A DNA stretch of 60,576 bases, counting the filler. It is 3 parts of 3 records of this genome, joined end to end, with 100 filler letters (N's around TTAATTAATTAA, not from the genome) between each part and the next. Parts side by side here need not be neighbours in the genome. Positions count along the whole stretch, not along the records: positions 26,887 to 44,351 come from SRR31156797_361; positions 44,452 to 60,576 come from SRR31156797_364; 1 more part is not named here. One strand, written 5' to 3'. Shown piece after piece: positions 38,337-48,293 of this stretch. The notes under the pieces are model-generated. The model was not told the DNA's origin. It was given only the letters and a program-made list of their open reading frames with translations, and searched no databases. Made by a program: the position numbers and the translations under genes. Every line of letters begins with the position of its first letter. The stretch's first letter is position 1.

Positions 38337-38421
38337 ATGGTAAACGATACAAAGCGTTTCTTGACTAATGTAGTCTACTTCTGAAAGGTTGCACTCTCAA
38401 CTTTTTGAAATAAAGGACCGT

Positions 38422-39579
38422 ATGCCGAATTTGATTTTACTTTCACTACTGGCGGCATTCCCGCCGCTTGCCATTGATATGTATCTACCTGCCATGCCAA
38501 CCTTGCAGGTTGTGTGGGGTGTCCCTTTTGGGGTGATCAATTTGTCGTTGGTTGTCTTCATTGTGACTTTCAGCGCATGTCTGTTGGTTCATGGGCCGTT
38601 GTCTGATCGGTTTGGACGGCGTCCTGTCCTTATTTCAGGTATTCTGCTTTTTATTCTTGGCAGTCTTCTGTGTGCAGCGTCCGACTCCATTACTTTTCTT
38701 CTTTTTTCGCGAGCCGTTCAAGGAGCTGGAGCGGCCGCAGCGGCTTCCCTCTCTTTGGCATTGTCCAAGGATTTGTATGAAGGCGTCGAACGACAGAAAA
38801 TTTTGGCGTACATCGGCGTCATAATGGCTTTTTGTCCCATGTTGTCCCCGACATTGGGTGGCATTATGTTGCGGTTTGGTTCCTGGCAATGGATTTTTAT
38901 TGTCCAGTCGATAATGGCTCTTGTTGCACTGTATGGTGTTCTCCGTTTGAAAGAGCCATTGACGGAATTTACTCATGGCGGTGTGTTTGCCGTTGCTGGT
39001 CGATATATTGCAGTTTTTAAAAATGGTCGATTTACCGTGTTGGCGTTGGCCTTTGCCATTATGATTTTGCCACATTTTGGATTTATTGGTGGCTCAGCAG
39101 ATATCTATATCAACGGTTTCGATATGTCGGAACATGTGTTTGGTCTTTATTTTGGGGCTAATGCCGTAGGCTTCATGCTTGGATCATTCACCTGTACGCG
39201 ACTGGGTGGTTCATTGAAGCCTATGCATATTTTATATATTGCCCTGTGTGCAATTTTCGGGGCCGGTGTGCTCATGCTTTTCTTGGGTGGGACTTCGCCT
39301 TTGACGGTTGCCATACCCATGTTTTGTATCACGTTTTCCGTGGGTTTTTCTCGTCCTGTCAGCAATTCCATGATTCTGGATCAGGTGGATTCTGATGTGG
39401 GAGCAGCCTCTGGTGTGATGACCTTTGAGATGTTTTTCGTGGGAGCCATGTCCATGGAGTTTATCTCCCTTGATTGGCCCAACAAGCCTATGGTGCTTGG
39501 TTTGCTTGCTTTAACCGGTGCGGCCATTCCGTTGGGGACACTGTTGATTATGCGTGTCATTGGAAGACGTCGGATTTGA
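38422..39579 (+). CDS. Bcr/CflA-family multidrug MFS transporter
   Basis: IDMYLPAMP, GPLSDRFGRRPV, ~12 hydrophobic segments; start moved to ATG 38422. Confidence 0.9.
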   Translation: MPNLILLSLLAAFPPLAIDMYLPAMPTLQVVWGVPFGVINLSLVVFIVTFSACLLVHGPLSDRFGRRPVLISGILLFILGSLLCAASDSITFLLFSRAVQGAGAAAAASLSLALSKDLYEGVERQKILAYIGVIMAFCPMLSPTLGGIMLRFGSWQWIFIVQSIMALVALYGVLRLKEPLTEFTHGGVFAVAGRYIAVFKNGRFTVLALAFAIMILPHFGFIGGSADIYINGFDMSEHVFGLYFGANAVGFMLGSFTCTRLGGSLKPMHILYIALCAIFGAGVLMLFLGGTSPLTVAIPMFCITFSVGFSRPVSNSMILDQVDSDVGAASGVMTFEMFFVGAMSMEFISLDWPNKPMVLGLLALTGAAIPLGTLLIMRVIGRRRI

Positions 39580-39652
39580 GTCTGATTCAAGACCATAGCT
39601 ACCCTGCGTCATTTCGTTACAATATCTTTGCGAAAAATCATGGTGTTACACT

Positions 39653-40576
39653 ATGCGTTGCCGTATATTATGTTTTATGAATGGTGGCTGTTTGTTTTTT
39701 TATCGTTGGTTTTTTTGTTCTGCATCAGCAGGGGTATGCCTTTTTGCCTTTCTCTTTTGTTGTCCATCCCTATCACTAGCCGAGGATGATCCTTTTGCGA
39801 CATATCGATCCAAGGGTATTATCGTTGCTCAGGAATCTGATATGCCTCCTATGTCCTTTGTCGGTCCCAGTGGTCGTCCAAAGGGATTTATCATCGATCT
39901 TTGGCGGAAATGGTCGTCAGAGACCGGCGTCCCGGTACATTTTCATCTTGTGGAGTGGGCTGAGACTTTGAATGCTGTGCGTGAAGGGAAAGCAGATGTT
40001 CACGGTGGCCTTTTTTACACCGCCGGGAGAGATCGTTATCTGGATTATTCCTCTCCGTTTTTTGTCTCTCGTGGTGTTGTTCTTGCGGTGGGTGATTCAG
40101 CCATGACAGACATTAGTCAATTGAATGGTACGAAGATTGGTGTGATTGACAAGAGCTTTTATGACGCGCTCTTGCGCGAGAAGTATCCAACTCTGAGACC
40201 ATACCCAATCGAGAATACGACTCGATTGGTTGAAGTGGCTGTCAATGGTGATGTCGAGGTGGTTATGGGTGATTATCCAACTATCATGCATCAGATCGGG
40301 TCTATGGGAAAGGCTCGATCTTTCAAGGTGATAGAGTTTGTTGCGGATCAGCACTATAGAGCTGCTGTTGCCCAGGGCAATGATGCCTTGCTGAAGGTCA
40401 TAGAAAAGGGGTTGTAGCGAATTGATGAAGAAGAGCGAAAAGTTATTTTTGAGCGGTGGGTTATCGGAGGGCACACTTCATCCAGAAGTTGGCTTGCTCC
40501 AGCAATTATTATCAGCATTTTAAGTCTTGGTTTTGCGCTTCTTGTTCCCTTTGTTTTTGATCGGTTTCGCCGTTAG
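39653..40576 (+). pseudogene. Family-3 (PBPb) substrate-binding-domain protein with C-terminal TM anchor, interrupted by an in-frame TAG at 40415-40417
   Basis: DMPPMSF..G.PKGFIIDLW, GKADV; frame continues past TAG as RIDEEERKVIFERW...WLAPAIIISILSLGFALLVPF...RFRR* (52 codons); start uncertain. Confidence 0.7.
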
Positions 40577-41553
40577 CCTTTGTTTTGTATCAAGAATTGA
40601 GCGGCTCGTTTTTCAGACCAATACACATTATTCCCGCCATTGAGCACAAATCCGACATGTCCTCCGTGTTCCGGTATTTCCAGAAACACATTCGGGTTGG
40701 CCTCGGCTTCGTGGAGCGGATAACATTCCGGCCCTAGAAAAGGGTCGTCCTGCGCATTGACGAGCAGGGTCGGGATGCGGATGTCTTTGAGAAATTGAAG
40801 GCAGCTTGAACGGGCGTAATAGTCCGCAGCATCTTTGAATCCATTAGAAGGTGCAGTGAATCTATCGTCGAAATCCCGGAGCGTTTTAATACCTCGCAGC
40901 TGTGTTGGGTCAATTTCGTTTGGGAAACGTTTTCCTTTTTCTCGAATGGTCCGACGCAGTCCTCGCATGAAATATTCAAAATAAATATGACGGGAAGGCA
41001 GGGCAATCACTCGTTCCGTCACATCCAGATCACAGGGGACGGAAAATGTGGCTGCGGAAATGACTTGTGGTGGAATACGGTCAGGTTTTTCTCCCAGATA
41101 TTTGAGAATCTGGTTGCCGCCCATGGAAAATCCTATGAGGCTGATTTCGTCATATCGGCCTGTGGAAAGGCAGTGTGTAATGACCGCGTGCAGATCATTG
41201 GTTTCACCAGAGTGGTAGGAGCGCGGCAATCTATTTGGCTCATCACTGCATCCGCGTTGGCACCAGCAGGCAACGTCAAAGCCGAGGCCCGTGAACATGT
41301 GGGCCATGCCGAGTATATATTTTTTGCGTGCATGTCCCTCCAGTCCGTGGCTGACGATGACCAGTTTACGTGTTTCACCGATACGGGAACGGTGCCAGTC
41401 GAAATCCAGAAAATCGGTATCAGGTAGTTCAATGCGTTCTCGCATGGGAGCCGTGATCGGTGTCAGCCTGAACAGAGGGGGATAGAGGGTGGCGATGTTG
41501 CCGAAGCGAAATGGTAAGGGCGGTTGATACTCGGGGGTTGGCAGTATTGGCAT
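40573..41553 (-). CDS. YheT-family alpha/beta hydrolase
   Basis: HGLEG, RGCS, YHSG, GFSMGGN, NAQDDPF, GGHVGF; start moved to ATG 41553. Confidence 0.9.
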   Translation of the reverse strand: MPILPTPEYQPPLPFRFGNIATLYPPLFRLTPITAPMRERIELPDTDFLDFDWHRSRIGETRKLVIVSHGLEGHARKKYILGMAHMFTGLGFDVACWCQRGCSDEPNRLPRSYHSGETNDLHAVITHCLSTGRYDEISLIGFSMGGNQILKYLGEKPDRIPPQVISAATFSVPCDLDVTERVIALPSRHIYFEYFMRGLRRTIREKGKRFPNEIDPTQLRGIKTLRDFDDRFTAPSNGFKDAADYYARSSCLQFLKDIRIPTLLVNAQDDPFLGPECYPLHEAEANPNVFLEIPEHGGHVGFVLNGGNNVYWSEKRAAQFLIQNKG

Positions 41554-41685
41554 GAGGATTGGTGTACGACCACACCAGATTGATGTCAAAAGCAATGTCT
41601 GTAATTGAAAACAGTTGCTTGAATGAGAGTGGCTTTGTATTCTGTCGATCTGTGCCTGTAGGTGTGTCCAAAGCAAGGAGTTATT

Positions 41686-42891
41686 GTGTCGTTGTTTGAT
41701 CAGGTTGATATGGAAAATTACGCGGAAGTTCTTCTCTGGGCTTTGGCTGAGACCAGAGAGAAGCCGTTAAAGAATAAGGATATTGTGCTGATTCGGTATG
41801 ATATCCCCGGACTCGCCCTGGCCGAAGCAATTTATTCCCGACTCATGGATATGCATCTTATGCCCGTGACCATGGCTATGCCTACCCCGTACATGGACAT
41901 GGAGCGATATCTTAATTCCAGTTACGGTCAACTTTTGTTCCAACAACCCGGACTGGCTGAACTCTATTCTCAAGTGGCCGGGATTATCACTGTTCTGGCT
42001 CCTGAGGACCTGACACATCTTCAGACCGTGGATCCGCGCACCATTGCCGAGGCCCGGCGGTCAGATGATTCCAATCGGCGTATACTGCAACGTCGCAAGC
42101 AATCCGGTGTGCTTGGTTGGACGACCTGCGTCTATCCTACCGAGGCCTTGGCTCAGGCTTCCGGTATGACTTTGGAGGAATATGCCACGGCTTTGAAACG
42201 TGCCTGTTGGTTGAATATGCCCAGTCCGGTCAAGGAGTGGAAGCGGCTTCAGCGTGAGGTCGGCGAGGTGTGTGATTGGCTTGATTCCATGGAAATAAAT
42301 TCTTTGCGTGTGGAGTCCGAAGATATCAATCTCAAGGTGCCCGTTGGCAATAACCGGAGATTTGTCGGCGTGAGTGGGGGGAATATTCCGGGATATGAAA
42401 TATATTTCGCGCCCGATGCCCGCAAGGTGGAAGGCACCTACTACGCCGATCAAGCCTCGTTGCGGTACGGACATTTGGTGCTTGGTGCTTCTTTGGATTT
42501 TTCGGATGGTATCGCCGCCCGTGTAGAGGCGGAACGCGGACAGGTCTTTTTGCAAAATCAGATGTATTCAGACTCTGGCGCGCGGAGGGTGGGAGAATTC
42601 TCCCTGACAGATAAACGATTTTCTCGTGTGGATAAATTCATGGCTCATACTTTGCTGGATGAGAATTATGGTGGCGACAATGGTAATTGTCACATCGCGC
42701 TTGGTGGTTCTGTTGTGGAAAGCTTTACTGGTCCACCCGAAATGTTGACCCCGGAGTTGGAATATGAGCTTGGTTTTAACTCCTCGGATATGCATTGGGA
42801 TTTGGTGAACACCCAGCCAAAACGAGTCACCGCAAGGCTTAAGAGCGGAGAACCCAAGTTGATTTATGAGAATGGGGCTTTTCGTTTTTAA
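41686..42891 (+). CDS. Aminopeptidase, M29 (AmpS/AmpT) family
   Basis: NIPGYEIY, RVGEFSL, LLDEN, CHIALG, SDMHWDLV; GTG start after AAGGAG. Confidence 0.88.
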   Translation: MSLFDQVDMENYAEVLLWALAETREKPLKNKDIVLIRYDIPGLALAEAIYSRLMDMHLMPVTMAMPTPYMDMERYLNSSYGQLLFQQPGLAELYSQVAGIITVLAPEDLTHLQTVDPRTIAEARRSDDSNRRILQRRKQSGVLGWTTCVYPTEALAQASGMTLEEYATALKRACWLNMPSPVKEWKRLQREVGEVCDWLDSMEINSLRVESEDINLKVPVGNNRRFVGVSGGNIPGYEIYFAPDARKVEGTYYADQASLRYGHLVLGASLDFSDGIAARVEAERGQVFLQNQMYSDSGARRVGEFSLTDKRFSRVDKFMAHTLLDENYGGDNGNCHIALGGSVVESFTGPPEMLTPELEYELGFNSSDMHWDLVNTQPKRVTARLKSGEPKLIYENGAFRF

Positions 42892-43044
42892 GAGTAAGGC
42901 TTTGAGTTTGTCGATTCTGCCTGTGCTTGGTCATATTCTTATATAAAAGACCATTGACAACCTTTTCCACATGCTTATTTTCCCATCACGCCTCGCTTTT
43001 GTCGGGGCCTTTTCATGATAAATCACGCTTTGTAAGGATGATAC

Positions 43045-43668
43045 ATGACCAAAGATAAAAACAACGAAGTCCCTATCACCGGTCTTTATGATGATGAAGG
43101 GAAGATTTTTAACGAAGCACAGGGTGAAAGTCTTGATGCTACCGATGAGGTTGGCGAAGAAGAGGCTACGGAAGTCTCCCTGAGTCAGGAAGAATTGCAT
43201 GCGCTGTGTCTTGAATCCGTTTGTCCCGAATGTGATGTGTTCAAGGAAGCCGAAGGGATTCGTCTTCGCGCCTTGGCAGATGCCGAAAACGTCAAGAAAC
43301 GTTTGTTTCGGGAAAATGAAGAGATGAAGAAGTATGCAGGTGAGTCTGTTTTGGCCGACCTGCTGCCTGTTCTGGACAATCTTGATCTTGCCTTGGCTCA
43401 TACCGGGAACTTAGACGACGCCTGCAAAAATTTTGTTATCGGCGTGGATATGACCCGCAAGCTGTTTCTCGATGCAGTGAAAGGACATGGCCTGGAAGCC
43501 GTACCTGTGTCTGTCGGCAGTGATTTTGACCCGGAAGTCCATGAGGCCGTGGGAACTGTGCAGGAACCAGAGCTTGCTGACAACCAGATAGCTCAGATTG
43601 TTCAGGGTGGTTACTTGTTGAAGGGACGGCTTATTCGTCCTGCCAAGGTTATGGTCAACAAGGCATAG
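43045..43668 (+). CDS. grpE: Nucleotide exchange factor GrpE
   Basis: LRALADAENVKKR, LLPVLDNL, FDPEVHEAV, GYLLKGRLIRPAKV; TTGACA at 42954-42959. Confidence 0.95.
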   Translation: MTKDKNNEVPITGLYDDEGKIFNEAQGESLDATDEVGEEEATEVSLSQEELHALCLESVCPECDVFKEAEGIRLRALADAENVKKRLFRENEEMKKYAGESVLADLLPVLDNLDLALAHTGNLDDACKNFVIGVDMTRKLFLDAVKGHGLEAVPVSVGSDFDPEVHEAVGTVQEPELADNQIAQIVQGGYLLKGRLIRPAKVMVNKA

Positions 43669-43730
43669 GCAATATTTTTTGACGCTGAAGCTCTTTACAA
43701 GGCCGAATGCGTACTTATTGAACAGAGTAA

Positions 43731-44351
<621 letters not shown>

Positions 44352-44451
44352 NNNNNNNNNNNNNNNNNNNNNNNNNNNNNNNNNNNNNNNNNNNNTTAAT
44401 TAATTAANNNNNNNNNNNNNNNNNNNNNNNNNNNNNNNNNNNNNNNNNNNN
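44352..44451. other. Artificial contig-join spacer
   Basis: N44-TTAATTAATTAA-N44; dnaK is cut at the join. Confidence 0.97.
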
Positions 44452-44639
44452 ATTGTATATGTGCTCGAGTTAATTGGTCAAATTTGTTTGACAATTATTT
44501 TGAATTTTGGGCCAATAATGAGAGAAAAGACTGCCGACTGACAGGGAATGGGTAAAGAGTGGGGGAAATAGTCGCTAGTTGTACGAAATGGGGTTAATGG
44601 AGGGGGCGTAACATGTTTATATTCCCCCCCCCTTTTTTG

Positions 44640-45224
44640 TTATGGTTTCCTGGTTTGTTCAATATTTTGCTGATACCCTTGCGCATCTCCATATTCTGCG
44701 AATTGGTGATAGCGACTATGGGTATCTTTTAATGCTTTGGCATGTTTGATGGGGCACCAGAATGCTTCAGTCCGAGATGCTATCTCAAGAGCATAGGAGA
44801 GGAGCCCATTGCCATATCCACAATACATACAGTTAAATTTTTCAATGATATTAAGATAAGCCAGGTGTTGCCTGTCAATAATCAGGTATTCATTGCGAGG
44901 CACCTTTTTTATCCGATAGATAGGAAAACAGATCAGTTGGTAGAAAAAAAGAAATATATCGAGAAACACCAACGGAATCGCAAGTGAATAGATGATAGGC
45001 GCGGTGATAAAAAAAAGAACGTTTGATTCTTTTAAGTAATGGTAGAGGTTTTTTTTAAACGTTTTTTGGGCTTTGAGCGCTCCTTCCTGAAAATGTATTT
45101 TTCCTCGTTCAACAGAATAGTGCAGCTTTTGGCGAATTTTTCCTAGTTCCAACTCAAGTTCAGTGGCCAATTCTGACTCCAGCTTTTTGATATGTTCCAG
45201 CAATTCAGCTATTTTTTTATTCAC
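44640..45224 (-). CDS. Hypothetical membrane protein with Cys motifs
   Basis: N-terminal coiled coil, hydrophobic segment, CFPIY, NCMYCGYGNG, WCPIKHA; GTG start at 45224 after GAGG. Confidence 0.75.
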   Translation of the reverse strand: MNKKIAELLEHIKKLESELATELELELGKIRQKLHYSVERGKIHFQEGALKAQKTFKKNLYHYLKESNVLFFITAPIIYSLAIPLVFLDIFLFFYQLICFPIYRIKKVPRNEYLIIDRQHLAYLNIIEKFNCMYCGYGNGLLSYALEIASRTEAFWCPIKHAKALKDTHSRYHQFAEYGDAQGYQQNIEQTRKP

Positions 45225-45470
45225 AAATGGCCTCACACTTAGAATGAACAAACGGTATATTTTTTTCCCTCTATAGTTAGTCTATCACCTCTGTCGATAT
45301 TTTTATAATTTCAGGAAAGATAAAATACAGTTAACTAATCCATGAATAGCCGATAACCTCGCATTAACCGCGATGCTTTTGTACCCACGACCGGTGATTT
45401 AATCGATGAGTTCCGGATAATTGTCTTTCATAGGGAGGATGCAGGGTGATTTTTGACAAATGTGGTTACC

Positions 45471-46238
45471 TCAAAAAATTGTTTTTCTTGTAGGGCTCTG
45501 TTCAACAAGCTTCATTTCCATGTAATGAGATAATTTTTTACAGAGATCATCCACTGCGGCAGTTAGAATAGCCGCGCCTGTTTCCTGATTAGCGAGCCAG
45601 GGTGCAGAATCCATCCGCCCATCAGGGTAGGTAGTTTTCATCTCTGCTGCAGTCATGGGCCAGTATGTGTCTTGTACCTCAATTTTTCGGGGGCTGGTTT
45701 CTTTATGGGCAAATGCCTCAGGTCGCATATGCATGGTTAATGAAATTTCAGAAGGGGTTGCATGCCGCCCTTCCTTGTGATCAAAACATCTACCGTTAAA
45801 CCGTTTCACTCCTGTACATTCGTACCAGGAAAAAATTTCCAATAGACCTGGAATACCCTCCATTTTACTTTGCTGGAAAGCTGTTCGCAGGGCATGTCTA
45901 TTCCCTCCATGGCCGTTGATAAAAAAAATGCGTTTAAAACCGTGGCTGGCAAAAGAGCGGATAAGGTCGCAACAGACCGCAATCATAGTACTCGGACTGA
46001 AAGTGGCGCTTCCAGCAAATTCCATATGGTGGGGAGAAATGCCATAATTGACGGTCGGAGCAACCATGAGGTTTAACTTGTCCCCGGTTGTTCTTGCTAC
46101 TGCTTCAGCAGCAATAAAATCTGTTCCGATCAAGCCATAGGGGCTGTGCTGTTCAACAGCACCGATGGGAATGAGCAGGGTGTCTTTTGTTTGTAGATAC
46201 GCCTCTACTTCAGGAAAAGAGCATTCTTCAAGCAGCAC
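45471..46238 (-). CDS. Creatininase/creatinine amidohydrolase-family protein
   Basis: PIGAVEQH...GTD, GISPHH..FAGS, INGHGGN, HA..SEIS. Confidence 0.9.
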   Translation of the reverse strand: MLLEECSFPEVEAYLQTKDTLLIPIGAVEQHSPYGLIGTDFIAAEAVARTTGDKLNLMVAPTVNYGISPHHMEFAGSATFSPSTMIAVCCDLIRSFASHGFKRIFFINGHGGNRHALRTAFQQSKMEGIPGLLEIFSWYECTGVKRFNGRCFDHKEGRHATPSEISLTMHMRPEAFAHKETSPRKIEVQDTYWPMTAAEMKTTYPDGRMDSAPWLANQETGAAILTAAVDDLCKKLSHYMEMKLVEQSPTRKTIF

Positions 46239-46511
46239 TTGTAGTCTCCTTAATGAGATTGTATGTGTGTGGGGAGACGGAGGTTAATGGTCCGATGGCT
46301 CCCCCCCCTGATGGTATTCAGGTTTTCGATATTTCCACAGGTTGTTAACGGTTGTAAACCGCATACTTTTAATTAATAGTCACTTTCTTCTGCCTGGGCG
46401 CAGAAAAGGACTTTATTTTATTCACTATAATTTTATAGTTGTAGTGATTGTGATAAGAATTCTCGTTTTAATCCAGAAACTAAAATTACTGCTTTCTCAG
46501 GAGTTGCTGCC

Positions 46512-48293
46512 TTGAAACCTACTGATATTAAAAATATTGAATATTTCCATAAGGTCATAGACTGCCAGTATGCCTGTCCATCGCATACGCCGGTCCCTGA
46601 GTATATACGGCTGATTAGAGAACACCGTTATGATGAAGCCTATATGATTAACTGGGTTTCCAATGTTTTTCCAGGCATTCTGGGGCGTGTGTGTGATCGT
46701 CCCTGTGAACCTGCCTGCAGGAGGAGCAGGGTGGAGGAGGATCCCGTTGCGATTTGCAGATTAAAACGGGTGGCTGCCGATAATAGAAAAGAAAATATTG
46801 AAGCGTATTTTCCTCGGATTCCTGAAAAGAAAAATGGCAAAAAAGTTGCACTCATCGGTGGCGGCCCAGCTTCGTTGACTGTTGCTCGTGATCTGCTGCC
46901 TCTAGGGTATGAAGTGGATCTTTATGACGAACAGTCCACCGGTGGCGGTTTCATGCGGAGCCAGGTTCCTTCCTTTCGCTTACCCGAACGTGTTTTAAAA
47001 GAAGAAGTTGGCTACATTCTTGACATGGGAGTGACCACTCATTTCAATCATTATGTAACCAGCCTGAAGGATATGCTTGCTAAGAACTATGATGCACTTT
47101 TTGTTGGTACCGGAGCACCCAAAGGGAGAGATCTTCCAAATCTTCCCGGCAGGCAGGAGGGGGATGCTTCCATCCATGTTGGCATCGATTGGCTTGCCTC
47201 TGTTGTTTTTAACCATGTTGAGTCCATAGGGAAGCAGGTGCTGGTTTTGGGTGGAGGCAATACGGCCATGGATTGCTGCCGCACAGCCAGGAGAATTGGT
47301 GGTGAGGATGTACGGATTGTTGTTCGAAGTCCCAAGGCAGAAATGAAGGCCTCTCCTTGGGAAATAGAGGATGCGGAAGGGGAAGACATTCCGATTTATG
47401 AAAATCATGTACCTGTTGATTTTGTTGTGGAGAACGGCAAGCTCGTTGGTATGCATTTTGAGAAGGTGGAAGCCCGCTACGACGACCAAGGGAAGCGAAC
47501 CCTGATACCCACTGGTGAACCCCATGTTTTTATGGCGTGTGATGAGGTACTGATTGCCGTAGGGCAGCTGAATGCATTTCCCTGGATTGAGGAGGACGTT
47601 GGTATCGAATTTGATACATGGGGCCTGCCGGTATTAAAGGAAGGCACCTTTCAGTCCAGTCTTGAGCATGTTTTCTTTGGGGGGGATGCTGCCTTTGGAC
47701 CCAAAAATATCATCACTGCTGTTGCCCATGGACATGAGGCAGCAATATCCATAGATCTTTTTTGTCGGGGAGAATCCCTTGATGCACGACCACTGCCCAA
47801 AGTGCATCTTGAGGGACAGAAGATGGGGGTTCATGACTGGTTGTACCATAATCAGATAGATGATGACCACCGGCAGTTGGTCCCTATGCTGGATAAAGCT
47901 AAAAGCCTGAAAGACAGATTGCTCGAAGTGGAATTAGGTTATGACCGGGCTATTGGCCATACTGAAACCCAGCGTTGTCTTAATTGTGATGTGCAGACCG
48001 TGTTTCGTTTTGAAGAATGTATTGAGTGCGATGCATGTGTTGATGCCTGTCCAGAACGGTGCATTTCCTTTGTCGATAACGGAACGGAAGAGGAGCTGCG
48101 CACCCGACTCAATGCGCCTGCAAAGGAGCTAGATCAGGATCTCTATGTTTCAGATGTACTGCCTACGGGTAGGGTGATGGTCAAAGATGAAAATGTTTGT
48201 CTTCATTGCGGCATCTGTGCAGAACGATGTCCCACCTCTGCTTGGGAAATGCAGAAATATACCTACAAAATACCACTTGCGGGTCATAAATGA
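46512..48293 (+). CDS. GltD/NfnB-like FAD/NAD(P) oxidoreductase with N-terminal Fe-S and C-terminal 2x[4Fe-4S] domains
   Basis: CQYACP, CDRPCEPAC, GGGPAS, GGGNTAMDC, GGDA, RCLNC, CIECDACVDACP, CLHCGICAERCP; TTG start. Confidence 0.9.
   Translation: MKPTDIKNIEYFHKVIDCQYACPSHTPVPEYIRLIREHRYDEAYMINWVSNVFPGILGRVCDRPCEPACRRSRVEEDPVAICRLKRVAADNRKENIEAYFPRIPEKKNGKKVALIGGGPASLTVARDLLPLGYEVDLYDEQSTGGGFMRSQVPSFRLPERVLKEEVGYILDMGVTTHFNHYVTSLKDMLAKNYDALFVGTGAPKGRDLPNLPGRQEGDASIHVGIDWLASVVFNHVESIGKQVLVLGGGNTAMDCCRTARRIGGEDVRIVVRSPKAEMKASPWEIEDAEGEDIPIYENHVPVDFVVENGKLVGMHFEKVEARYDDQGKRTLIPTGEPHVFMACDEVLIAVGQLNAFPWIEEDVGIEFDTWGLPVLKEGTFQSSLEHVFFGGDAAFGPKNIITAVAHGHEAAISIDLFCRGESLDARPLPKVHLEGQKMGVHDWLYHNQIDDDHRQLVPMLDKAKSLKDRLLEVELGYDRAIGHTETQRCLNCDVQTVFRFEECIECDACVDACPERCISFVDNGTEEELRTRLNAPAKELDQDLYVSDVLPTGRVMVKDENVCLHCGICAERCPTSAWEMQKYTYKIPLAGHK

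Noticed and set aside
45471-46238. Mycofactocin (MftE) or other RiPP cluster
   Set aside because: No radical SAM enzyme, precursor peptide or other mft genes nearby
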